Source of the DNA: an uncultured Segnochrobactrum sp.
Lineage (GTDB): Bacteria; Pseudomonadota; Alphaproteobacteria; Rhizobiales; Segnochrobactraceae
Direction of reading: 5' to 3'
NCBI GenBank assembly: GCA_964503995.1
Contig: CAZDCR010000002.1
Location: forward strand, 1 to 59,343
Length of the DNA stretch: 59,343 bases
Shown here one piece after another: positions 26,213 through 36,573 of this stretch. A program made the translations under genes and the position numbers. Under the pieces are notes generated by a model. It did not search any database. It was not told where the DNA came from and was given only the letters and a program-made list of their open reading frames with translations. Within the stretch, counting starts at the first letter, position 1, and each line of letters opens with the position of its first letter.

Positions 26213-28219
26213 TCAGGTGGTGCCGACCTTGAAAACGCGCTTCGTGCCCTGCTTCACCGGCACGACGACGTTGACCCGGCTCGGGCCGTGTCGGAGTTCC
26301 GCCGCCGTCGCCGCGAGCAGCCGGCGCCGCATCCCCGCCAGCGCCGCGTCCGCCTGCATGGCGGTCTCCAGTTCGGCGAAATCGATGCCGGCGTGTTTCT
26401 CGCGCACCGCCCGGTTCGTCTCCTGCGTCAGCTGGGCCCGGCGCATGGCGCCGAAGCTGCGCGACTTCGCATGGAACACGTAGGTGTCGGCGGCGACCAG
26501 CAGGCGGTGGCCCGCGGCGCGCAGCCTGAGGCAGAGGTCGGTCTCCTCGCCGTAGCCGTGCGGGAAGTTCTCGTCGTCGAGCCAGCCGAGCTCGGCGATC
26601 AGGCCGCGCCGATAGATGCCGCAGAAGCCGTTGAGTAGCGGGAACGGCACGGTGAGGCCTTCGGCCACCCGCTCGACGAGTTCGCCGTAGCTGTCGATCG
26701 TCCACCCGACCGGCACGGAGTTCACCGCCCACTCGCCGGTGCGCGTCTTCACCTTCGGCACCGACTGCCAGCTGGCGGCGTTCGACACCGGCCCGACGCC
26801 GGCGACGTCGGGGGCAGAGACGAGAGCGGCATGCAGCTTGTCGAGCCAGCCCGCCGTCACCACCACATCGCTGTTGGCGATGACGACGGCGTCGGCGACG
26901 CAGCTCTGCAGCCCGATGTTGACGGCGCGCGTGTAGCCGAGGTTGCCGGGGTTGGCGATCGCCCGGATGCGCGGATCGGCGGCGCGGAGGGCGGCGATGC
27001 GGCCACGCGTGGCGGCGCCCGAACCGTCGTCGACGAGCAGCAGTTCGAACGGCGAATGGGTGTGGCGCACCACCGATTCGACCAGCCCGTTGAGATCACG
27101 CACCGCCTCGTGGACGGGCACGACGATCTGCACGAACGGCGTCGTCGTCACCGACGGCACTTGCGGGCGCGGCACGGTGGCGACGCCGCCGCCCGGCAGG
27201 CGAGCCGGGTTGCGCGCCACCACGCCGTCGCGCCAGAGGCCGGACAGCTGCAGCGCCTCCACCTGGTCGTGGATGGTCTTGTCCTCGAAGCTGCCGGTGG
27301 CGGCGGCCGGCGCCGCGGAGAAGGTCGAGCGCGTCGTCACCTGCGGGGAGAACACCACGCATTCGCCGAGGCCGGCTAGCTCGAAGCAGAGCATCAGGTC
27401 GGCGCCGGCCTCGATCGGCCCGCGGAAGCGCTCGGGGATCGCCACCGGCACCGAATGCAGCCGGACGACGCCGGAGCCGTAGATGCGCTTGCGGACGGTG
27501 GCGATCTTCTCGACGTGGTTGCCCTCTCGCACCAGGCCGAGGAAGAGCTCGGTGACGCCGATTGGCGAGGATTCCACCGTCCGGCGCAGCAGCAGCCCGA
27601 CATCGACGAACAGCCAGTCGCCGGCGATCTCCTTCAGGCGGACCCGGCCGAAGACGCGCAGATGGCCGCCGGAGTGGCGACGCCGCACCCGGACCGCCAG
27701 CGCGTACTGGTCGTCGGCGAGCGCGAGGCCGTGCGGCCGCTCGGCCCGCACCATCGCCCGCACCGGCGAAGAGCCGCGATAGTCGAACCACCATCCCGCC
27801 GCCGTCTCGCACGGCAGTTCCCTCGGCACCACGGTCAGGCCGTGCGGCCAGGAGCGGAAGTCGGCATTGCGGACGCGGTTCCTCGGCGGTGGCGGCTCGA
27901 CGTTGCGGTCGCGGGCCGCCGTCGGCGCGATGTGGATGGGCGAGCCCGGCAGCGGGTCACCATCGATGACGCGCGCCTCGACGATATGGGCGCCGCCGTC
28001 GATGCACTCGTCGGGCAGCGGCACGACGAACCCGCAGGAGGGGTCCGGCAGCTGCGGCGAGACGAGGTCGCGGCGGAACTGGTCGGCGGCCACCACGATG
28101 ATGGCGGTGCCGTCGACAAGGATCTCCACCTCGAGCTTGCGGCCGGCCGGCATCGTCGTCGCCCAGCCGGTCAGCATGCCGGTCGGCGCCAGCCCTTCGA
28201 ATTGCCCGATCACCGTCAT
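26213..28219 (-). CDS. Glycosyltransferase family 2 with a long uncharacterised N-terminal region
   Basis: C-terminal IVVPVH, LVDDGS, NLGYTRAVN, ANSDV, GYGEETD, VFH; about 350 N-terminal aa lack GT motifs. Confidence 0.85.
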   Translation of the reverse strand: MTVIGQFEGLAPTGMLTGWATTMPAGRKLEVEILVDGTAIIVVAADQFRRDLVSPQLPDPSCGFVVPLPDECIDGGAHIVEARVIDGDPLPGSPIHIAPTAARDRNVEPPPPRNRVRNADFRSWPHGLTVVPRELPCETAAGWWFDYRGSSPVRAMVRAERPHGLALADDQYALAVRVRRRHSGGHLRVFGRVRLKEIAGDWLFVDVGLLLRRTVESSPIGVTELFLGLVREGNHVEKIATVRKRIYGSGVVRLHSVPVAIPERFRGPIEAGADLMLCFELAGLGECVVFSPQVTTRSTFSAAPAAATGSFEDKTIHDQVEALQLSGLWRDGVVARNPARLPGGGVATVPRPQVPSVTTTPFVQIVVPVHEAVRDLNGLVESVVRHTHSPFELLLVDDGSGAATRGRIAALRAADPRIRAIANPGNLGYTRAVNIGLQSCVADAVVIANSDVVVTAGWLDKLHAALVSAPDVAGVGPVSNAASWQSVPKVKTRTGEWAVNSVPVGWTIDSYGELVERVAEGLTVPFPLLNGFCGIYRRGLIAELGWLDDENFPHGYGEETDLCLRLRAAGHRLLVAADTYVFHAKSRSFGAMRRAQLTQETNRAVREKHAGIDFAELETAMQADAALAGMRRRLLAATAAELRHGPSRVNVVVPVKQGTKRVFKVGTT

Positions 28220-28491
28220 GAAGCAGCGCCTGTCCCCGTTCCCGCCGCAACGGGCCCCGCAATGCCGCGGGCAACCGCACCGCGCGGCCGTCCGCAGCTT
28301 CGGGGAGCGCCGGTGCGATGGCAAGCGCCGCCGCACATCAGCCCTAACGCGGGCGGTGCCTGCGGATTCATCATGCCGTGAAGTGGGTGCCTCCGCCCCT
28401 TCCGCCGCCGGCGAGCCTCGCACTATCATGCGCCCTGTCACAGGGGTCCGAAGATGACGTCGCCTCACCGCCCGCCCGCCCGCCTCCGCCG

Positions 28492-29595
28492 ATGACCGTC
28501 GCGGCGGAGAAGATCATGTTCGTGCTGCCGGTCTCCGGCGGCAGCGGCGGGGCGAACTCGGTGTTCCAGGAGGCGGACGCGATCCTGCGCTTCGGCGTGC
28601 CGGTGCTGATCGCCGCCAACACCGGCAACGTCATGAGCCTGCGCGAATCCTATCGCGAGTTCCAGGCGCTGGCCGGCGCCATCGTCGGCTTCGACGGGCC
28701 GGAGGGGCTCGCAGCACTTGCCCGCCAGCACGACGTGACGACGCTGGTGGCGACCACCAACCAGTCGGTCCACACCGTCGTCATGGCGCGGCGCGAGCAC
28801 CTCGCCGACCGCGACGTGCGCGTCGCCTATTACGTGCAGGACTACGAGCCGCTGTTCTATCCCTACGGCAGCGCCGAGTGGAACGGCGCCCGCGCCTCCT
28901 ACGGCGCCGACCCGGACCTCATCCTGTTCGCCAAGACGCACTGGCTGCAGGAGGTCGTCGAGGCGAACCACGGCGTCAGCGTCCACAAGGTCGAGGCGAG
29001 CATCGACCACGGCGAGTTCTTCCCGGACTTCGCGGTGCGTGCCGATCCCACCCGCCCGCTGACGATCGCCGCGATGCTGCGCCCCTCGACGCCGCGCCGC
29101 GCGCCGCGCCGCACCGCCCGCATCCTCTCGACCCTCGCCCATGAGTTCGAGGGCAAGGTGCGCTGCGTGTCGTTCGGATGCGAGTGGCAGGACGTGTTCC
29201 GCCACGGCCTGGTGCTGACGGGCGTCGATCACCGCGGCCGCCTCACCCGGGCGGCGACGGCCCGCCTACTGCGCGGCGTCGACCTTTTCCTCGACCTGTC
29301 GGACTATCAGGCCTTCGGCCGCACCGCCCTCGAGGGGATGTCGTGCGGGGCAGTGCCGGTGGTGCCGATCCACGGCGGTGCCGGCGAGTTCGCCATCGAC
29401 GGCGACAACGCCTTCCTCGTCGACACCCGCCACGACGAGGCGATCCTCGCCGCCGTGCGGGGCTTCATCGCCCTGCCCGAGCGCGAGCGCCGGGCGATGG
29501 CGCTGTCGGCCGTCGACACCGGCTACCGCTACACGCCCGAGCGGGCGGCACTGTCGGAGCTCAGGCTGCTGTCGACGGGCTTCGCCGCCGCCTGA
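28492..29595 (+). CDS. Glycosyltransferase family 4 (GT-B)
   Basis: FVLPVSGGSGG, YYVQDYEP, DLSDYQAFGRTALEGMSCG. Start uncertain. Confidence 0.83.
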   Translation: MTVAAEKIMFVLPVSGGSGGANSVFQEADAILRFGVPVLIAANTGNVMSLRESYREFQALAGAIVGFDGPEGLAALARQHDVTTLVATTNQSVHTVVMARREHLADRDVRVAYYVQDYEPLFYPYGSAEWNGARASYGADPDLILFAKTHWLQEVVEANHGVSVHKVEASIDHGEFFPDFAVRADPTRPLTIAAMLRPSTPRRAPRRTARILSTLAHEFEGKVRCVSFGCEWQDVFRHGLVLTGVDHRGRLTRAATARLLRGVDLFLDLSDYQAFGRTALEGMSCGAVPVVPIHGGAGEFAIDGDNAFLVDTRHDEAILAAVRGFIALPERERRAMALSAVDTGYRYTPERAALSELRLLSTGFAAA

Positions 29596-29659
29596 GGCGG
29601 CCGCGTACCATCACCGGTCGCTCGCTCGCCCTCGGACCGTGCGCTTCACGCGCGACGCT

Positions 29660-30514
29660 TCACTCGCACGGCTTGGCGTCGAGATATTCGATCGACGTCA
29701 GCTTCCCGAGGATGGTGAAGTCGCCGTAGTCGAGCTCGAGCTTGCGGGTGACGCCGTTGGCGTAGACGAGGAACGACAGCTCGTACATCGGCTTCTGCTC
29801 GGCGCGGTCGCCGCCCATCTCGAAATAGGACAGCCGCACCGGCCAGCGCGCGCCGGCACCGAGGGTCTCGACCGCCTTGGCGTCGTCCATGCCCGCTTCG
29901 TCGACGCCGGAGGCCGGCCGGCCGATGACGGCCGTGGTGGCGAAAACTTTCTCGCCCTTCTCCGAGCCGTCATAGAGGTCGCCCTGCAGGATGGTGCCCC
30001 CCGCCTCGGCCGCCTCGATCACCTTGACGAGATGCTGGGTCGGGAACAGCGGGCCGTTCTGGAACGTCGTCTGCTTCTGCGCCGGCTTGGCGAGATCGAC
30101 GATCACCTCGTCGCCGTCGCGGGTGGCGACACCCTTCGATTCTTCCGAGAGCTTCTGGTCGACATAGCTCTGGGTGACGAACTGGAAGGTCTCGCCCGTC
30201 GCGTCCTCATAGCTCGTCGTGCGCAGGTCGGTGAGGCGCGAGCCGCCCTCCTGGTCGTCGATGCGCGAGACGAAGCGGAAGTTCGTCGTGAAGCCCTCGC
30301 AGGCCGAGCCGGTGAACTCGGTGACGATGCGCCCGGCGACCCCGAGGATCGTGCCGTTCTCGTCGCTCTCGCCGAGGGACATGTCGTAGACGGCGCGGTG
30401 GGGCTGCAGGCCGGCGGCGATCTTCGAGACGGGCGCGGTCGCCGCCGCCGCCGGCAGCGCGGCGACGAGCACGGCGCCGGCAAGGAGGGTGGCGAGCGGA
30501 CGCGGAGACGGCAT
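29660..30514 (-). CDS. eipB: Cell envelope integrity protein EipB (DUF1849)
   Basis: Signal peptide; LQPHRAVYDMSL, GSACEG, FPTQH, WPVRLSYF, YANGV, LDYGDF, terminal Cys; divergent from the ridA-family gene. Confidence 0.88.
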   Translation of the reverse strand: MPSPRPLATLLAGAVLVAALPAAAATAPVSKIAAGLQPHRAVYDMSLGESDENGTILGVAGRIVTEFTGSACEGFTTNFRFVSRIDDQEGGSRLTDLRTTSYEDATGETFQFVTQSYVDQKLSEESKGVATRDGDEVIVDLAKPAQKQTTFQNGPLFPTQHLVKVIEAAEAGGTILQGDLYDGSEKGEKVFATTAVIGRPASGVDEAGMDDAKAVETLGAGARWPVRLSYFEMGGDRAEQKPMYELSFLVYANGVTRKLELDYGDFTILGKLTSIEYLDAKPCE

Positions 30515-30655
30515 CGAGGAACCTCCAGAAGGGCACGCCGGCTTCGCGCCCGGGAAGGCGGGCGCGCCGTTGCGGCGCCGGGCGAATTCGGCCATGAGGG
30601 TGGCACGCCGCCGACCCGGCGGACAAGCAGGCTCGCAAGAGACGAGGACGAGATC

Positions 30656-31120
30656 ATGGCCGAAACCGTCGAAGATCGCCTGAAGGCACTCGGACTGACG
30701 CTGCCGGAGGCCGTCGCGCCGGTCGCCAACTACGTGCCGGCCGTGCTCGCCGGCTCGCTGCTGCACGTTTCCGGCCAGTTGCCGATGGAGAACGGCAAGC
30801 CGAAGCTCGTCGGCAACCTCGGCGACGGTGTGTCCGTCGAAGACGCGGCGGCGTGTGCGCGCGTCTGCGCCCTGCACGTGCTCGCCCAGGTCAAGGCGGC
30901 GGTGGGCGACCTCGCCAAGGTGAAGCGCATCGTCAAGGTGGTCGGCTTCGTCGCCTCGGCGCCGGGCTTCACCGACCAGCCGAAGGTCGTCAACGGCGCC
31001 TCCGACCTGTTCGTCGCCGCCCTCGGCGATGCCGGCCGCCACGCCCGCTCGTCGGTCGGCGTCGCCATGCTGCCGCTCGGCGTGCCGGTCGAGGTCGAGG
31101 CGATCTTCGAAATCGCCTGA
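30656..31120 (+). CDS. RidA/YjgF family protein
   Basis: PVANYVP, VSGQLP, VNGASDL, GRHARSSVGV, PVEVEAIF. Confidence 0.92.
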   Translation: MAETVEDRLKALGLTLPEAVAPVANYVPAVLAGSLLHVSGQLPMENGKPKLVGNLGDGVSVEDAAACARVCALHVLAQVKAAVGDLAKVKRIVKVVGFVASAPGFTDQPKVVNGASDLFVAALGDAGRHARSSVGVAMLPLGVPVEVEAIFEIA

Positions 31121-31184
31121 GGACTAGAACCGGGCGCGGCGGGGCCGCGCCCGGCCACTCGGCCGCGACAGGAGTGACGGGGCG

Positions 31185-31940
31185 ATGGCGGCACCTTCCT
31201 GGCTGACGGCGCGGCCGGTCGCCCATCGCGGCCTGCACGACGCGGCCCGCGGCATCCTCGAGAACACCCTGCCGGCGGCGCTCGCCGCCGTCGCGCACGG
31301 CTTCTCGATCGAGGTCGACCTGCAGATGTCGCGCGACGGCGAAGTGATCGTCTTCCACGACGACACGCTGGAGCGCCTGACCACCGGCACCGGCCGCGTC
31401 GCCGCCCGCACCGCCGCCGAGCTCGCCGACATCCCCTTCAAGGGCACCGACGCCCGCATCCCGACGCTGCAGGACCTGCTCGACACCGTCGCCGGCCGCG
31501 TGCCGCTGGTGCTGGAGCTGAAGTCGCAGTGGGTGCGCGATCCCGGCACCCGCCTCGTCGCCGGCGTCGTCGCCGCGCTTGCAGCCTATGAGGGTCCGGT
31601 CGCGGCGATGTCCTTCGACCCGGACATCGTCGAGGGCCTGCGCGAGGCCATGCCGGGCCTGACGCGCGGCATCGTCGCCGACATCGCCACCGACCCGCAC
31701 GAGTACGGCCGGCTGACGACGATGGAGCGTTTCGCGCTCCGCCACCTGCTGCACGCCCCGCGCTCGCGGCCCGACTTCGTCGCCTACGACGTCCACGCCC
31801 TGCCGATGCCTGGCCCGGTCATCCTCCGCCGCGTCTTCGGCAAGCCGCTCTTGACCTGGACGGTGCGCACCCGCGACGAACTCGCCCACGCCCGCGCCCA
31901 CGCCGACCAGATCATCTTCGAGGGTTTTGTTCCAGAGTGA
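31185..31940 (+). CDS. Glycerophosphodiester phosphodiesterase family protein
   Basis: AHRGLH, ENT, IEVDLQ, FHDDTLERL, ELKS, WTV, IIFEGF. Confidence 0.92.
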   Translation: MAAPSWLTARPVAHRGLHDAARGILENTLPAALAAVAHGFSIEVDLQMSRDGEVIVFHDDTLERLTTGTGRVAARTAAELADIPFKGTDARIPTLQDLLDTVAGRVPLVLELKSQWVRDPGTRLVAGVVAALAAYEGPVAAMSFDPDIVEGLREAMPGLTRGIVADIATDPHEYGRLTTMERFALRHLLHAPRSRPDFVAYDVHALPMPGPVILRRVFGKPLLTWTVRTRDELAHARAHADQIIFEGFVPE

Positions 31941-31967
31941 GGAGTGGCGGGTGCCCCCGCCCCTCCC

Positions 31968-33698
31968 TCACCCGCCCTCCAGCAGGCGCTGGTGATCCAG
32001 GCGGCGGCGGACGGTGTCTTCGGCGAGGCCGAGGCCGACGAGGACGCGGCCGGCGAGGTGCAGGCTCGCCTCGGTGGCGAGCGGCACCGCGACACTCGCC
32101 CCGGCGGCGATGAGGCGGGCGGCGTGGGCGGCGTCGCGGGCGCGCACATAGATCGGGATCGCCGGCCAGGCGCCGTGCACGGCGGCGACGATGCGCTCGG
32201 CCGAGGCCGGATCGTCGAGCGTCACCACCACCGCGCCGGCGCGCTCGACGTGGGCGCGCACCAGCATCTCGAGCCGCGAGGCGTCGCCGAAGAACACCGG
32301 CTGTCCGCCGGCCCGCTCGTGGGCGACGGCGACGGGGTCGTTGTCGAGGGCCAGGAACGGGATCGCCTCGGCCCGCAGGGTGGCGGCGACCAGCCGGCCG
32401 ACGCGGCCGAAGCCGGCGATGACGACGTGGCCGTCGATCGTCGCCACTTCGGCGAGGTCGCCCTCGTGCGCCGCGGCCGTCTCGCGGCGGGCCCACTGGG
32501 CGGCGAGCCGCGCCGCGGCGGCGGCGACGAGCGGCGTCACCAGCATCGTCAGGCCGGTGACGATCAGCATGTACTGGCCGACGTCCGCCGGCAGCAGCGC
32601 GAGGCTCATCGCCAGCCCGACGACGATGAAGGCGAACTCGCCGCCCTGTCCGAGCAGCAACCCGGTCTCCAGGGAGACCGCGCGCGGCACCCCGAAGGCG
32701 ACGCACAGAGCGGCCGTGATCGTCGACTTGAGCGCGAACAGGCCGACGACAGCGACGGCGATCCACACCGGCTCGTCGGCGACGACGCGCCAGTCGATGC
32801 CCATGCCGACCGACATGAAGAACAGCCCGAGCATCAGTCCCTTGAAGGGCTCGATGTCGACCTCGATCTCGTGGCGGAACTCGGTCTCCGCCAGCAGCAG
32901 GCCGGCCAGGAAGGCGCCGAGCGGCATCGACAGGCCGGCGATCCCGGTGATCGAGGCGAGGCCGACGACCGCCAGCAGCACCGCGGCCATGAACATCTCG
33001 GGGCTGCGCGCCTGCGCAACGAGGCGCAGCACCGGGCGCAGCAGCAGCCGGCCGACGAGGTAGATCGCACCGATCGTCAGCACCGCCTTGCCGAGCGCCA
33101 GCGCGAGCGCGACGCCGATGCTGCCTTCGACCTTTGCGCCGAGCACGCCGACGACGAAGAGGATCGGCACGACGGCGAGATCCTGCATCAGCAGGATGGA
33201 GAAGCTCGACCGCCCGAGCGGCGTCGCGAGCCGCCGGCTCTGCAGGAGGATCTGCATCACGATGGCGGTCGACGACAGCGATAGGCAGGCGCCGAGCACG
33301 ATGGAGGCCGGGACCGAGTTGCCGAACTGCCAGGCGATGGCGCCGATGATGCCGCCGGTCATCAGCACCTGCAGGCTGCCGAGCCCGAACACCAGCCGCC
33401 GCATCGCCCACAGCCGGTCGAGCGACAGCTCGAGCCCGATGGTGAACAGCAGGAACAGTACGCCGAGCTCTGCCAGCGCCTGCACGCCATCGAGATCCGT
33501 GATCACGACGGCGGCGAGCGCGGGATGGTCGGACGCCCACAGCCCCAGTCCGAACGGCCCGACGACGCCGCCGACGATCAGGTAGCCCAGCACCGGGCTG
33601 ACGCGCAGGCGGTGCAAGAGCGGCACGATCACGCCGGCGGCGACCAGAAAGACGATCGCCTCGCGCAGGTAGGGAATGCCGCCGCTGTGATCGTCCAA
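31968..33698 (-). CDS. CPA2 cation:proton antiporter with TrkA-N domain (KefB/KefC-like)
   Basis: AELGVLFLLFTIGLELS, SSTAIV, QDLAVVP, IEPFKGL, GQGGEFAF, IAGFGRVG, GDAS; TTG start after GAGGGGG. Confidence 0.9.
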   Translation of the reverse strand: MDDHSGGIPYLREAIVFLVAAGVIVPLLHRLRVSPVLGYLIVGGVVGPFGLGLWASDHPALAAVVITDLDGVQALAELGVLFLLFTIGLELSLDRLWAMRRLVFGLGSLQVLMTGGIIGAIAWQFGNSVPASIVLGACLSLSSTAIVMQILLQSRRLATPLGRSSFSILLMQDLAVVPILFVVGVLGAKVEGSIGVALALALGKAVLTIGAIYLVGRLLLRPVLRLVAQARSPEMFMAAVLLAVVGLASITGIAGLSMPLGAFLAGLLLAETEFRHEIEVDIEPFKGLMLGLFFMSVGMGIDWRVVADEPVWIAVAVVGLFALKSTITAALCVAFGVPRAVSLETGLLLGQGGEFAFIVVGLAMSLALLPADVGQYMLIVTGLTMLVTPLVAAAAARLAAQWARRETAAAHEGDLAEVATIDGHVVIAGFGRVGRLVAATLRAEAIPFLALDNDPVAVAHERAGGQPVFFGDASRLEMLVRAHVERAGAVVVTLDDPASAERIVAAVHGAWPAIPIYVRARDAAHAARLIAAGASVAVPLATEASLHLAGRVLVGLGLAEDTVRRRLDHQRLLEGG

Positions 33699-33916
33699 GC
33701 GTGCCCGCCCCCTCGCACCGATTCTCGCGCCCGCACGATGAGGCCGCGGGCGGGCTGCCCGCAAGGCGGAGCCGGACGGGCGGGACGCCGCCGGCGGGAA
33801 CAGCCCCTCTCGACAGCCGCAGCGGCAACCCTAAACTCAGATTCAGGTGCTCGGCGACCCTCCCCCGCTGGCCGCATCGCCTTGTCCCGCACGACCGTGC
33901 GCACCACCATGGTCCG

Positions 33917-35152
33917 ATGACGTCACCCGAGAGCCGCGAGACCGTCCGCCTCAGCATCGCCGCGGCGATGGCAGATATCGACAAGGCGTCGTGGGATGCC
34001 GTTGCCAATCCCGGCTGGACGGTGGGTCCCGGCGGCGCCATCGCCTCCGACGGCAGCGCGACGGAACCGTTCAACCCGTTCGTCTGCCACGATTTCCTGG
34101 CGATCCTCGAGGAGGCCGGCACGGTCTCGGCGCGCACCGGCTGGATGCCGCGCCATCTCCTGCTCGACGGCCCCGACGGCGGCCTCGCGGGTGCGGTGCC
34201 GGCCTATCTGAAGAGCCACTCCCAGGGCGAATTCGTCTTCGACCACGGCTGGGCCGACGCCTATGAGCGCGCCGGCGGACGCTACTATCCGAAACTGCAG
34301 GTCTCGGTGCCGTTCACCCCGGCGACGGGGCCGCGGCTGCTCGCGGCACCGGGTCCTGGTCGCGACGCGGTGCGCGCGGCGCTGGCCGAGGGCATCGTGG
34401 CGCTCACCCGCGAGACCGGGGCCTCCTCGGCGCACGTCACCTTCCCGACCGAGCCGGAGTGGCGTCTGCTGACCGAGCGTGGTTTTCTGCCGCGCACCGA
34501 CCGGCAGTTCCACTGGTTCAACGAGGGTTTCTCGAGCTTCGACGACTTCCTCGCTACCTTCGCCTCGCGCAAGCGCAAGCAGGTGAAGCGCGAGCGTCGC
34601 GAGGCGGTGGCGGCAGGCATCGAGATCGAGCGCCTCAGCGGCGCCGCGCTGACGGAGGCGCACTGGGACGCCTTCTTCGAGTTCTACACCGACACCGGCG
34701 CGCGCAAGTGGGGCCGGCCCTATCTCAACCGCCGCTTCTTCTCCCTCCTCGGCGAGCGGCTCGGCGAGCGGGTCGTGCTGGTTTTGGCGAACCGCGACGG
34801 CCATGCCGTCGCCGGCGCCCTCAACATCGCGGGCTCCGACACCCTCTACGGGCGCTACTGGGGGGCGATCGAGGAGCACCCCTTCCTGCACTTCGAGATC
34901 TGCTACCATCAGGCCGTCGAGCACGCGATCGCCCACGGCCTCGCCCGGGTCGAGGCGGGCGCGCAGGGCGAGCACAAGCTCGCCCGCGGCTACCGCGCGG
35001 TGACAACCTTCTCGGCCCACCACATCGCCCACAAGGGCCTGCGCGACGCGGTGGCGAACTACCTCGAGCGCGAGCGCGCGATGGTCGCGGCGGAGACGGC
35101 GTATCTCGCCGAACACGCACCGTTCAGGAAGGCCGAAGACGAAGAGGGTTGA
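33917..35152 (+). CDS. DUF482/FemAB-like GNAT-fold protein
   Basis: YLKSHSQGEFVFDHGWADA, YYPKL, PFTPATG, YGRYWG, LHFEICY, EAGAQGEHKLARGY. Confidence 0.92.
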   Translation: MTSPESRETVRLSIAAAMADIDKASWDAVANPGWTVGPGGAIASDGSATEPFNPFVCHDFLAILEEAGTVSARTGWMPRHLLLDGPDGGLAGAVPAYLKSHSQGEFVFDHGWADAYERAGGRYYPKLQVSVPFTPATGPRLLAAPGPGRDAVRAALAEGIVALTRETGASSAHVTFPTEPEWRLLTERGFLPRTDRQFHWFNEGFSSFDDFLATFASRKRKQVKRERREAVAAGIEIERLSGAALTEAHWDAFFEFYTDTGARKWGRPYLNRRFFSLLGERLGERVVLVLANRDGHAVAGALNIAGSDTLYGRYWGAIEEHPFLHFEICYHQAVEHAIAHGLARVEAGAQGEHKLARGYRAVTTFSAHHIAHKGLRDAVANYLERERAMVAAETAYLAEHAPFRKAEDEEG

Positions 35153-35213
35153 AGTGCGGCACTCTCGTCGCGAGAGCACCGCTTCGGCGCCGCGAAATTT
35201 CGGCTTGCCGCCC

Positions 35214-35633
35214 TCATCCCCTCGTCATCGTCCAGCACGCCACCGCGCGGGTGTTCGGGTAGACGTGGGTGTAGCAGACGTCGATCGTGTTCGGGTCGCG
35301 CAGCGTGAAGGCGTACTCGCCGTCGACGTCGACGAAGACGCCGCTGTCGTAGGCCGGCGGCTTCAGGGCGCCGATGAAGGTCTCGCTGAACTTGCCCCCC
35401 GACATCGTGCCGGCGAAACGCGTTCCCTCCTGCTGCGTGATCTCGTAGGTGAAGGTGATCTTCGCCTCCGGGAAGTTCGCCCCCTCGCCATCCGGGATGC
35501 GGTAGGGATTGGGGCCGATGATCACCGCCTGCGCCTCCCCGGACCATGTGCCGACGAGGTTCGGGACGTCGGCGGCGAGCGCCGGCGTGGCGGAAAGAGC
35601 GAGCGCGGCGAAAACGGCAAGACGGCAATGCAT
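35214..35633 (-). CDS. Hypothetical secreted beta-rich protein
   Basis: Signal peptide ending ALA-A, PNLVGTWSG, C-terminal Cys pair. Confidence 0.75.
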   Translation of the reverse strand: MHCRLAVFAALALSATPALAADVPNLVGTWSGEAQAVIIGPNPYRIPDGEGANFPEAKITFTYEITQQEGTRFAGTMSGGKFSETFIGALKPPAYDSGVFVDVDGEYAFTLRDPNTIDVCYTHVYPNTRAVACWTMTRG

Positions 35634-35767
35634 GAGAAGATTCCCCCGGTTTCCGTCGACCCCGGCGCGAGACTGCCATGGCGGCGGCGCAGGCGGCAAT
35701 CGCCGGTCGGGGTGCGACGCGCGCCGCATGGGACATGGGCGCCAAGGGTGCTATATCGGGCGCCGCC

Positions 35768-36532
35768 ATGACCCGCGCTCCCCACGACCTGATCTTCTCG
35801 GTCCACATCCCCAAGACCGGCGGAACCTCGTTCGCCGAGGTGCTGCGCCATGCCTACGGGCGGCGCGTCGCCTTCGCCTACGGGCCCCATCACGCCCGCA
35901 CGCACCCGTTGTTGCGCGAGCTCGGCAAGAAGGCCGACCGTGCGGTGGTGGCGCAACTCGCCGAGGAAGGCGTGCGCGTGGTTCACGGGCACTTCTCGGC
36001 GAGCGTCTTCGCCGACGCGGTGCCCGACCCGTCGCGCTACTGGATCTGGCTGCGCGAGCCGGTCGAGCGGACGATCTCGCACTTCCATTTCTTCAAGGAC
36101 AAGCACGCCGCCCGCGGCGCCCTCGGCACGCAGGTGGCGGCCGGTACGTTGCCGCTGACGGCGTTTGCCGCCCATCCGGCGATCCGCAACCTGCAGGCCC
36201 GCCACGTCGGGCCGTTCGCGGTGTCGGAGTTCGGCTTCGTCGGTGTGACCGAGCACATGACGGCGGGGCTGCGCCAGCTCGGCCTCTCCGCCCCGGTCGG
36301 GCGCACGCCCACCGCCAACGTCAACCGCGAGAAGCCGGAGTTCGACCGCCAGACCCGGGCGGCGATCGCGGCCGAGAACATCACCGACGTCGCCGTCTAT
36401 TCGGAGGGCCTGCGCGTCTTCCTCGAGCGCGAGCGCCGGCCGGGCTCGGTCAGGGCGCCGCAGACGCTCGGCTTCGTCGCCCGCACGCTCGACCGCTGGC
36501 GCACGGTGCCGGCGCCCGAGCGGACCGAGTAG
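35768..36532 (+). CDS. Sulfotransferase family protein
   Basis: 5'-PSB HIPKTGGTS, HGHF, 3'-PB LREPVERTIS, FVGVTE. Confidence 0.82.
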   Translation: MTRAPHDLIFSVHIPKTGGTSFAEVLRHAYGRRVAFAYGPHHARTHPLLRELGKKADRAVVAQLAEEGVRVVHGHFSASVFADAVPDPSRYWIWLREPVERTISHFHFFKDKHAARGALGTQVAAGTLPLTAFAAHPAIRNLQARHVGPFAVSEFGFVGVTEHMTAGLRQLGLSAPVGRTPTANVNREKPEFDRQTRAAIAAENITDVAVYSEGLRVFLERERRPGSVRAPQTLGFVARTLDRWRTVPAPERTE

Positions 36533-36573
36533 GCTCGCCCGCCCCCGCCACCGACCGACCGCAGGAGGACCTG

